Part shown: in pieces, positions 53,460 to 64,000 of the stretch
Layout of the letters: each line of letters starts with the position of its first letter
Position numbering within the stretch: the first letter of the stretch is position 1
Source: Paecilomyces variotii
Lineage: Eukaryota
DNA: 64,000 nt
Direction: 5' to 3' (one strand)
NCBI GenBank assembly: GCA_004022145.1
Contig: RCNU01000002.1
Notes under the pieces: generated by a model
The model's database searches: none
Seen by the model: only the letters and a program-made list of their open reading frames with translations
What the model was told of the DNA's origin: nothing
Made by a program: the position numbers and the translations under genes

Positions 53460-54511
53460 ATGCGGCCTTCGTGGGATTCAATGCGCCTGTTACTGCTGGC
53501 GTCTACTTTTCTGCCTGCGTACGCCGCTACTACTTGGGGCTTCACAGATGCCACCGTGGCAGTTCAGGCGAAGGGTGCTGGAATTGGAAATGAATTCAAG
53601 GAGAAGTACGTTCTACCCAAGCTGTATGCAGCTTATCTAGGCCATTTCCACTAAACAAAAGTGCATTATGCAGGATTTCTGAGAACAAGCCATTGTCCAA
53701 GCCCGTCTCGCTCGGCGGTTCCGATACTCTGAAGGTCGCGCTGACCGTCCAAGAAGGAGGTTCGGCGAAACGACCGCATCAAGCTTTCCTTCTCTTGACC
53801 GATCCCAATACTGGTCTCGATATTTCTTATCCATTCAATGTGAAGGAGACTGGCAAATCCAAGCTGGAATTGGTAATTCACCGGTCAGCGCTTGTCATAT
53901 CTGATGTTCGCTGACGTTCTATCTCTTCAGACTCAAAAAGACGTCCCGTACCAACTGCTGAAGAGCACGCAGCCGATTGATGCTAGCATAGTGATCGGAT
54001 CATTCGGAAGCAGCAAGGGATATCGTGGGGAAGCTTTCAAATTGGCGATTGATCGCGATGTCAATGTGCCACTACCGGCGACGGGGGCCCCCAAATACGG
54101 CAAGCTTGCAGAAATCCACCATATCTTCAAGCCGGACCCGAAGAACCCTCCAGTTATTATGACACTAGTCTTTGTCGGAGCGGTTCTGGCCACTCTTCCA
54201 GTGCTAGCTGCTATTGTATGTCCATCGCATACTGAATTCCCCCACCGAAGCCAACTAACCTTTATTTGTAGTGGATCTATCTCGGTGCGAATCTCAACCA
54301 TCTCCCTGCAGCAGTGAAATCGGCGCCGGTTCCTCACGCCCTTTTCGTTGGGTCCATCGTGGGATTGGAAGGCATCTTTTTCTTATACTATGTCTCCTGG
54401 AATCTGTTCCAGATGCTCCCGGCTGCTGTTGCAGTGGGCCTTGTTACCTTCCTCAGTGGCAGTCGTGCTCTGAGTGAGGTTTATGAGAGACGTCTGAAGG
54501 GCTTAAGATGA
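53460..54511 (+). CDS. SWP1: Oligosaccharyltransferase delta subunit (ribophorin II); 3 introns
   Basis: Signal peptide, RPHQAFLLL, YGKLAEIHHIFKPDPKNPP, three C-terminal TM helices, FLSGSRALSEV. Confidence 0.92.
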
Positions 54512-54887
54512 ATTCACGGTAATGTTTTGGTGTTGTTGCTCGGTCGGGTTGTCTCCCGCTGCTCGAGGTCTACTGTTTCGTAAGCGCATGGTGGATTGCC
54601 TGGTGCAGCCAGCTTCATGATCCAACCTTCAAATATACCAAGATCTGTATTTAGGAGAAAATCCCTAGTCTATTGTTTCATATCTTCGCTGTAACGTGTC
54701 TGTTGTAGGTGTAGAATCATCAAATGTTTACAGAAGATAGTTAACTATCCAATTACCTGACGTCACGATGCAAGTTTAGCTTGAGCTAACTAGTGTCCGC
54801 GGCAAGTCCGCAGTTTGCGAACAGGAAGAGAAAAATAATACTGGTACACCTGCACGCATATTCAATCCCAGATCCATAGCCACCATT

Positions 54888-55599
54888 ATGGGGTCGTCAT
54901 CTTCAAAACCCGTGAGATCAACCGTCAGTGCGGTTTCTCAACGCAAGTATCCTAAGAAGGCGTCTCCTCCGCCAACCGGCCCCAGTTCAACACAGATCCC
55001 GCAACGAGCAGCCGGAGCCATCAGGGAAAGACCGTCGAAGCAGACCGTGGGAAAGGCTTCAACTACAAGGTCTGAAGGTACGTACACTTCAGGCGTGATG
55101 AGCGACTCTAACATGGTCACACTGACCGTGGGGCGCGCGTCTTTGCTCAACGAATTGCCCAGGGTTGACCTCATCGAGAAAGTCATCTTATGCTAACTAC
55201 TCTCATGGAACAGCCATTGATCTTGATGCTCGCGATCCGCACTTTGCTGCTTCCCTCCGTTCCATCGGTCCTGTGACTCCTCAGCCGACCTTCTCTAACT
55301 CCAGTGCCTTCAACCGTCCTGGCCAAACACCATCGGTGTTTCCGACAGCCAACAACCCGGCGCTTCTCGTGGTGACCGCACGCCAGCGCATTACAAAGGC
55401 GGCTGAGCAAGAAGCTGAGGCTTTTGGACGTGAGAGCCATGTTGGACGAGAATTCCTCGACGCCTTGACTATCCGTCAGGCATTGACTATGCGAGATCGA
55501 CAAGGAAAGTCCGCAGCGGAGATTGAGAATGCTCTGAGGTTAAAACCCGGTGTAATGGAAAGGCTAGGCAGGCAGAGTATTGTCAGTGAGGCTAGGTAA
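54888..55599 (+). CDS. Conserved fungal protein with a myristoylation-type N-terminus and a C-terminal helix-turn-helix-like segment; intron 55078-55213
   Basis: MGSSSSK start, spliced ...RSEAIDLDARDPHFAASLRSIGPV...FLDALTIRQALTMRDRQGKSAAEIENALRLKPGVMERLG. Confidence 0.8.
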
Positions 55600-57271
55600 A
55601 CGTGGGAGTATGATGGTCTGAGACGTGCGTTAGTTATCAGATGATGACTACCACGTCTCTGACAAGTGTCAATGCTAGAGGGCTATTATCATGGGGCAGT
55701 GGCAAGAGACTTGGGGACGCATCAGAGAGATGACTCATGATATATCCATATTTTCCGGCGTTCATGGCATGGATGCTACACAAGTGAGCTAAATTAACGA
55801 GGTCTACGTGTCTTTGGCTTCCTAGTCACTATCCGTTGCTTGTCGATCTTACGAGTGACATGAGCCCAACTCTCGCTCTCACCCGGTCACTTGAGTACAG
55901 GGCCACATAATCGAATATGCCGGCCCTACATCTGAGTGGCCAGCTGCTGCTGTGACCTGGTTTCGGAATGCTCGCCGAACATGTCACTGCAGGAATCGGA
56001 CCACGCTCCAAAGCATCTCATGAGCTTGAGGAGAGCGGTTCGCCTCCTTGTGATTGCGACTTATTTCGGTGAGCTATAGAAGTTGTGTGTTACTGGTAAA
56101 AGGCTGCAGATGGCCTTTTTAGGAAGAGAGTGAAGAATACCACGATGGAATCAAGCGCCTAGAGTTAATCGACACTTCTAATGTCTCCAATATGATTATC
56201 CCACCAGTACAATGCTGAGCGAGTACGGGAAGACATGATTGATCCCTTGACTTGTTGCTGCAGATAGACACCAGTCCAGTTCTTACCTTGCCTGCGTATC
56301 TTCATTGATCATGCTAGTATTGGAGATCTACCAAGACTTTCATCGCAAGCCTAGTTGAACTTGAATCTGGCTGTTAAGGAATACCAGCCATTTCACTACG
56401 CGCTGATCTTCAGCCTCAAGTCTTGTGGGTTTAAACCACGCATCAAGAACCAAGAGCACGTGCAATGGCAAGCGCTTACATACGGCTCTTCGCTCTTCTC
56501 TCAAGTACAACAAAATAGTTACAATACATCATCCCGTACAACCCTATTGCTTATTGGACAATCATCACTGTCACCCGTTCATTTCTCACTGGTTAACTAC
56601 GATTCGATTCGATAGGCACTGAACGAACCAAAAGACAACGGAAAGGCCATCCAGAGCGCGTGACGGTCTAAGCGCAATGGTTGCGTATTCTACATCGGCG
56701 CTTGGTCCATTGGCAGCCGAGAAAGGGGCATTACTGTAACACAATGCAAAAGAAAATTGGGAACTCGGAGAAACTCTATAAACTCTAACTACTGTAGTCT
56801 ATGGACAAAGGTCAGAAGAGTCAAAGGCTCATGATTATTATCGTATGGTCTTTCCATTAACCCAACCAACCAACCAGGATCTAATGTCATGATTTGCTTT
56901 GCTTTGCTTTGCAGGCGCACACGAGCTTTAAAAAAAGCAACCAAATAGTCGCTGGGTTAAACCCTTCCTGAACAGAACCGAAACGAAAAGAAAAGATATC
57001 ATGTGCAACATTCGGACCTGGATCCAGAACCCTTGTTTTGAGAAAGGATGAATGAAAACAGCGTCCGATCACGCGGACAGCATGACACGCCTGCTTCGAC
57101 AATCCGAGAAACGCCACACCCTGCTGGTGCAAAAAACACGGGGGGAAAAGAAAAGGGAAAATAGAATATGCAGGGGAAAAGATCTCATCATCCGTTATTG
57201 TTGGGGAGCCAGCGAGCCAGCCTCGCGGCGAAAAAGAAAAATTTGAATCAGGTAGAAAAGAAAAACAAAAT

Positions 57272-58365
57272 CTACCAGGCGGAGTGACCACCGTCGATAC
57301 GGATATCACTGCCAGTCATGAAGCTGCTGGCATCGCTGAGGAGGTAGACCGCGACTCCGCGGTAGTCCTCAGGCTTGGACAGACGACCAAGCATGTTCTG
57401 CTTGGGCCACTCGGTGCGGCGCTCGGGATACTTGATGAACAGCTGCTCAACCATGGCGGTGACAATGTAGCCAGGGGAGATGGTGTTGACTCGAATGCCA
57501 TACTGACCCCACTCAGCAGCGAGGTTACGGGCGAGCTGGAGAACAGCAGCCTTGGAGGCGTTGTACGCGGAGCAGATGAGACCCTGGGACGAGTCGGGTT
57601 AGTTAGCGCGAGCTGTCATGGTGGGGAAATACTTGAAGCTAGCGGGGGAGCGGCATCCCCAGAAGTCCGGGGATGCTGGAGAGAAGATCCAAGATGTCGG
57701 AACGGAAGATTATTCAATACAACACAATAGAACATACCCTGTTGGCGACAGTGCCGCTCATACTAGCGATGAAAGCCATGCTGCCTCCGGTCCCCAGCCG
57801 GATCATCTGGCGCGCAACCGCCTGAGCGGTCATGAGCACACCCGTCACGTTGACTTCGAACATCGTGTTGGCGTCCTTGGCGCTGTACTCGAGAGCTGGA
57901 GTTTCCTGTTGGATGCCCGCGGCGGCAAGCAGGCCGTCCAGGCGGCCATGGGTGTTGGCGATCTCCTCGACAATGTTGTTCAGAAGCTCGACGTCTCGTA
58001 CATCGATGCGACGGTAGTGCAATTGAGTGCCCAATTCCTCGATGGCACGCTTCTGAATCCGGGCAAAATCCGGAGACTGGACAGGCCAGTTAGCCAATGA
58101 TTCTTGCGTAATCTCAAGGAGCGAATGGGAAATATACCGGCTCTTCCAGACGGTCAAGGGCATATACAATGGCACCACCCTCCAGGAGACCCTCGGCCTG
58201 CACGAGGCCAAGACCACGACCAGCACCTGTCACAATGATGACCTTGCCCGTAAGCAAGAACTCAGGAAGGCGGTTCTTGGTGCCCAGGAAGAGAGCGTCG
58301 CCGGCCTTCTCCTCGGCGGGAGGGTTGGGAACAGGGACGGTGGTGGTCTCAATGGCGACAGACAT
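57272..58365 (-). CDS. Short-chain dehydrogenase/reductase, D-arabinitol 2-dehydrogenase-like; introns 58137-58077 and 57737-57584
   Basis: VTGAGRGLG, ASMSG, YNASKAA (YxxxK), RVNTISPGYI, MTGSDIRIDGGHSAW. Confidence 0.9.
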
Positions 58366-61300
58366 TATTGTGGTTGCTTCGCCTTGGCAGGTATATATAC
58401 TCAAGAATGGAGTGACTTTTTCAATGGGAGGCAGAAACACCAATGGGTTCTGGATGTGCGAGAGTCCTGCTTCTGGAGAGATGATTCTCCCCCGACCTGG
58501 ACGTCCTGAAAGACTTTATATATCCAGCTTCAGTGGGGCTGGCTCGAGATTAGGGGACAGCTCATGTGGCCAGAAAGAAATCTACTGTAATCCCGAACGG
58601 GTAAAATCCAGGACGACATACTCTAAGTGTACACTTCACGATAGTCGGCCCTTAGACGAAGGGGTCCAGACCAGACCCGGGGTTGGAGAGCGCGGCGGGC
58701 TTGTTACGAGAGGACTTGCTTGCGTCGGTCCACTGAGGGACAGCAACAACCCCCACGATGCTGGCAAATTTACCCAAATAGAGCGTTCCGTATACTTCCC
58801 ACAGGGTAAAAAAAGGAAGATTCGAAAGACTCTGATCGGCCGCCATGGACACATCACGCAGAGTTGAGATCGTCAGCATGACACTGCCGTGGCGGTTGTA
58901 ACAGCGCTCGCATCGGCTGTATCATCACAAGAGAGAAAAAACCCTGAGAGAACAGCGGGCCGATTGACTGCCACCAATGCTAGACTGCCCAACGTGCGAC
59001 AGGACTCTCTCTTTTCTCTTTTTAGTGGGCGAGCAGAAACAATGGGGTGACAGTGGACATCTGATGGAGTCTGGAATTCCGGGAGAGAGACGGTTTGGAG
59101 GAAATGCCCGGTTTTCTCTTTTGGGAATCCCGACATGCCACGACGCCTCCGGGTCAGTCGAGCGCAACTCCGCCATGAGATATGATACCAACTGGGGATA
59201 GGGAATGGTTTCAGTACTGTTCAGATTCAGATCCAGAAGCCCGGAGAAATTCTGGGGAAGCTGCTCAAGGGGGCTACTCGCTAGCCGATGTATGCGTCTC
59301 TACTGGAGAGAGCTTCTATTTCATGGAAGATCTGGAGTAGAATCCAAACAGCCCGGTCTAGAGTTACGTCTGGGGAGGAAATCGAAGATTCCAGCTCGTT
59401 GCCAGTTCCAGTTCCTCAATTACTCCCCGGTCTCCGCATCGATCATTGGACGCACATTATAGTATATTTGCATTATTTAGAACAAACTCACGACGAAGCA
59501 GCATTCTGGACGTATCTGCGGCATGGATCGAAGCTTAAACATGATGTAAGGCTTCCTCCCGAGGGTTCTCGTCTTGACATCTTCCATTCCTGCCACTTTC
59601 TCGGGGAAAGGATCTCTATCTGGCCCGTGTGCTTCATTGGGGTTCGCACCCCACGTCTGTAGAACACGGTTCTTGTGCAAGGATCACAACGACAACCCTG
59701 AGGAGATCACTGCCACGTTACAGTGTACTACTCCGTACTCTCGAAAAGCGAGGCCACCGGCAAGATTCGGTGGTCATGTCGGCGACGGTCGTGCAAGACT
59801 CAGTCGTTCATCCCAATCGCAACAAAGACCAATCTACTTTCAGTTCTCTTCTCACCCCCGAAACTGGAAAACCGATCTGCAGCGGAAGTGCTGTTTGCTG
59901 AGCAAGCAATCCGTGTGACCTCCAGGACGATTCTGTGTTACTGTTTTGTAGGCGACCGACCGTTACACATCGTAGCGGGCGTTATCTCGCACAGGCTGCG
60001 AATCTTGGTCCTGGAGAGACTTTTCGATTCCTCGTCTCTCAATAAGATGGAGAACAATCCGTTTGGAATTAAACTAGGTGGGCGCTTCACTCGGGATTTC
60101 CGGGTTCAAACTAGTCTCGGCGCCGGAGACCCAGTTTATCTATGTATCGGAGTCAGTCAAGCAACTTAAGATGCTGCTCATCAACTCATCATTATTTGAC
60201 GCGACAGATTTTTTTCTTTTTTCTCTCTTTCTTCTTCGGCTCATTTGCCCCGTTTTTATTTTCTTATGCAAGACACGTTTCCGACAAAATATACTAACTT
60301 GACAGGTATTTACCCTACCCGGTCTGACTATCTGATTGATCTACTCTTTGTCCCACGGTCTCACGGAACTTCTTTCAGTGATTCCGAATAACTAAGAGTT
60401 TGCCCCATACCGTAGGTAAGGTACCCGTGCCGCGTTTGAGCAATAATCGATGGATTTACCAACGGCTTTGGAAGGCTCTATCTACTCCTATTACTCCACC
60501 AGGATACCAAAGTAGATAAGCCGAAGGAGGAGAACAGAAGCAAAAGAAGCCGTCTTTTTATTTTTCTTCCTCAACCCCCACTAAGAACAGAGTAACTAGT
60601 CATAGGCACAGGCACAATGTATTATTTACCTTGAGCTTGGCATATGCTAAAGAAGAAAGACAATGGTTCAGAAGAGAACGCTACCTAAGCACAACATACG
60701 GAATACAGAATACACAACTATCTTTTTGTTCCCCACTGACTAACCAAAATATCGGACTGGTTTTCTAACACATGTGCTCGGGAAGGCGAAGAGAGAAAGA
60801 GGTACTTTTGTATGTAGTTAAACTGTCAGACAGAACAACAGATACGGAACACAATGCCGCTGCAGCAACTAGTCGGTTTAGAAATACATTTCCGACTGCA
60901 TTAGACTAGTCTGAATTTTTAAACTAAACTCCACTCTAGACTCGAGCCCACAGGCAAAACGTTGTTGTATACCACCTATGTAGTCATTTAATCCGTGGCT
61001 TATGAGCACTCATAGTTTTTAAATAACCGTGCTGGCTCATTAGGGATTATATCGAACCTCAAATAGCACGGAAGAATAAGGTTATATCAAACTGTCTAGC
61101 AGATCGCTAGTTGCTTGCTTAAATTTAGATCTATGGGGGAGAGCCTCATATTTATCTCCGGATTACACAAAGGATCTAGATTCGGGGATCTGACATAGTT
61201 TATCTTATGCAAAGGAATCTGACGCAGGTGGATAATATAACAGAGCTCCCTCGCTAACCAAAATTTATTTCCTGGTATGTATCTGTTAATAGAAGATAAC

Positions 61301-61840
61301 AGTATCTGCTAATGAGGAGCTCTCCCAAGGTAGGGTTGGGTCGCTGCCTAACTGTGAATTGCCGCCACTCGGCCAACAGGCTGACAGTACACCTTTTACT
61401 TTCACTCATCTTATATCACCCTTAGCTAGAGTATATCACAACTGTCACTCCACCTTATGACTCTCTAGGTTCTACAAGATAGCAAAGACAACTACCTAGT
61501 ATAAGGTGTAAAAAGACTGTCACTCTGTGGCTTAAGACCACAAGTATAACCTTAAAGAATCTTGAATTCGCTATCTATCACAGTAGCCTCTGCTATTTCC
61601 ATTTCCCTTGAATTATCTGCCCGCTCCTTCTTTCTCTCATTGTTCTCTTTGAACCGCTGCGCTTTTCTTTTTTGCTTTTTGTTCATCAAATCTGGAGCGA
61701 AGTTCGCTGGGCTTGAATTCTCTAGCAACTAGCTCAGCCTATTTATCTCTGTGGGTGAGCTAGAAAGGCGTGGGAGAAATCCGACAAGAGGGAGGAGGCC
61801 TGCTTGTACCATAGGCAGGCTCCAACATCAAATAACCACC

Positions 61841-62920
61841 ATGACTCGTGACTACCCCGGTGGTCTTCGCGGTCAGGGCCAACCTGCTGCGACTTCGGAA
61901 TTTCATATGGACTCTGAACGCGCTGTCAATCCCCAAGGATCATCCGGACGTGTTCATCAGAACCGGTGCCAGCTTGTCCAGAGTCCCCTCACCGCTCAGC
62001 AGTTATTCTATCGCATTAAACAAGCGATCCTTAGCACCGGCGGCCCCGGTTATCTCGAATACGAGTCTATTCTTCCTGATACCGGTTACGAAGTCGCAAG
62101 GATGCTCGCCCTTGACGGTGACGTTGAACGAGAGTCCCCTAGAATATCATACAATCCAAGCACTCGCATTCTTTCCGTGACCATGCCCACTCGATTCCAC
62201 AACTGTCATTTGAATTGGGCTCACCTGGAGATGTCTGCATCATTGCACCTGCATGGCTTCTTTGCATGGAACGAGTTCATACAGCTAGAGTTTGGCTCAA
62301 ATTCTGGTAAGTCTCTTTAAGTAGGATTCCATATACGCAACATGTTAATCAAAGTCGATAGGTTTTCATAGTTTCCCATTTCCCTGGCAGAACATCTGCA
62401 AGGAACCAGATTGCTATATTACGCCAAGAGGAGCTGCGTTCCCGACGATTGTCTTCGAAGCTGGGTACTGGAAATTGTATCCGCAACTTCTTGCCGACAA
62501 AGACCTGTGGTTCAATGGGACCACCATGGTCAACGCTGTCGTTCTGGTGAAGTGGTCCAAAATATCTAACGATAGTGTTAAAGGCTTTGTCGAACTTTGA
62601 CGCAGAGGTGTCCCAAGCCCTGAGACTATTGTAAGTATTACTTGCTCTAGGAACTTATACTTCCCTTGCCTGCCTATAAACTCACTCACCTGGTATAATT
62701 ATAGGAAATCTTCCCAGCTCCTGCGCCAGGAACACCGCCACAAACCCTCACATTTTACAGGGGAGATTTCTATGTGGGAGGTGCGGTGCCTGTGGGCAGG
62801 AATCCCCTTGACCCTTGCCCATGGAGTATGGACTCCTTTTGACGTTCGGCGGATGCTGCAATCAGAAAGGAGGGCCTTGTGCCGGCATTAGGGCGGACAA
62901 GTAGTCAAATCAGAGTTTGA
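61841..62920 (+). pseudogene. Pseudogene of a fungal Uma2-like PD-(D/E)xK nuclease-fold family; 2 introns, 2 in-frame TGA stops
   Basis: Spliced frame (introns 62307-62360 and ~62631-62704) reads ...RISYNPSTRILSVTMPTRFH...KEPDCYITP...FPTIVFEAGY...LADKDLWFNG...VNAVVLVKW...GFVEL*RR...EIFPAP...MDSF*RSA. Stops at 62598-62600 and 62840-62842. Confidence 0.7.
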
Positions 62921-64000
62921 TATTCTAGAGAAGCTGCTATAGATGGTATGTCTCATGGTAAGAATAGTCCCGGCATGGTTAATGATCTTTTGTCTCAGTT
63001 CTTGGATCAGCCTACATTCCCCTTTGTATAAGTGGACCACATTTACCGTTGAAGAAGCAGTCTATTTAGCCGATGCGTTGGGTCTGCTGCGATAATCTCG
63101 CACCTCAACGCGGTGCTGGAGTCTAGTAGCCATATCGGCAAAGCTAAGATGAGCTCAATTTATCTTTAAATCTCGAAAGGTAAAGGTCTATCACATATAT
63201 GATAATGATGATAAGTAATAGCTAATGGAATAGTTAAATACCATATCCAATAGAGATCTTGTCGAATCCTAGTGGCGCGGAAGTGACAATACGATTTAAA
63301 CCTTCTGGCTATAGCTAGGTTGCTTGTTTGACCCGAGATTAAGGGGAGGTTGATGCTATACTTATCTCTCTATTATATAAAGAATCTAGATCCGAAAGAT
63401 TTAGCAGATTATATCCTATAATTATAATTTGATGAAAATGGATGATGAAATAGCCTTTGTGCGCCAACGCATCGGTAAGATTGTGTCTCGATTAGACTTG
63501 TGTCAAGTAGGCATCCCCAAGTGATTATGACATAAGTTAGTTACAATAGTAGTTAATTAGTCAGACAAACTGCTAACTAACTAACTAACTATCTAACACT
63601 ATCAAGTGTAATTCGATACTATACAAAACTACCTACTAATGTAGCCCATGGGTGACTCGGCCAGCGCGGTAATTATTCCATACAAAATAGGCCATTTTAG
63701 AAATTTAAATATCTCAACGAATAACAGAAACCAACTTAACACTCTAGGATTCTCCGCTTGGCCAACTCATATAGCATTGAGTGGGGTATGAGTGTTCAAA
63801 AATCAGATATGCATTGGAGGGAGAACGGAGAGATATGTATGGTAGAGACAGGGATGTTAAGCGGGTTGTGCAACCAAACAGCAGGGCACTAACATAGGAA
63901 GCCTGCAGCGTGACTACTGACAGGCCTCTGCATAATGTATGCTTATATGAATTATTTTATTAGTTACTCGTAGTGATGGTTCTTCTTTTCTTGCAGATGT

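Noticed and set aside
11498..54511. N-glycosylation gene cluster (ALG3 and SWP1)
   Set aside because: They are over 40 kb apart with many unrelated genes between them.
55078..55213. Possible intronic box C/D snoRNA (GTGATGA ... CTGA)
   Set aside because: Only about 20 nt separate the C and D motifs, with no terminal D box, terminal stem or recognisable rRNA guide.
62598..62842. Premature stops repaired by A-to-I mRNA editing or selenocysteine recoding
   Set aside because: Such editing is described for Sordariomycetes and Pezizomycetes rather than Eurotiomycetes, two stops would need repair, and no SECIS was seen. Pseudogenisation is simpler.

Overview
Eukaryotic, intron-containing fungal DNA. 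Gene content and intron signals point to a Eurotiomycete (Aspergillus/Paecilomyces/Talaromyces-like); that assignment is an inference. Most of the window is a gene-dense housekeeping block: pkcA, an MFS transporter, an eIF1A-domain protein, ALG3, a Coa2-like protein, the PP4 catalytic subunit, nirA, an EVE-domain protein, an N-terminal methyltransferase, an aldehyde dehydrogenase, a bZIP factor, a phytase, the OST subunit SWP1, an SDR polyol dehydrogenase and several unknown genes. Accessory-looking parts are a PNP_UDP-NACHT-ankyrin NLR gene, a convergent inverted pair of intron-containing tRNA-Arg(UCG) genes followed by a ~7 kb gene-poor region, and a stop-interrupted PD-(D/E)xK-like nuclease pseudogene near the right end. 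I found no clearly new multi-gene system. The best leads are: two apparently substituted catalytic acids in the NLR effector domain; a PP4 stop codon placed in its own exon; the inverted tRNA pair; an ALDH with both a mitochondrial-type extension and a PTS1-like end; an overlapping uORF on the bZIP gene; and a phytase lacking a conserved cysteine. Gene models were spliced by eye and no database searches were run.
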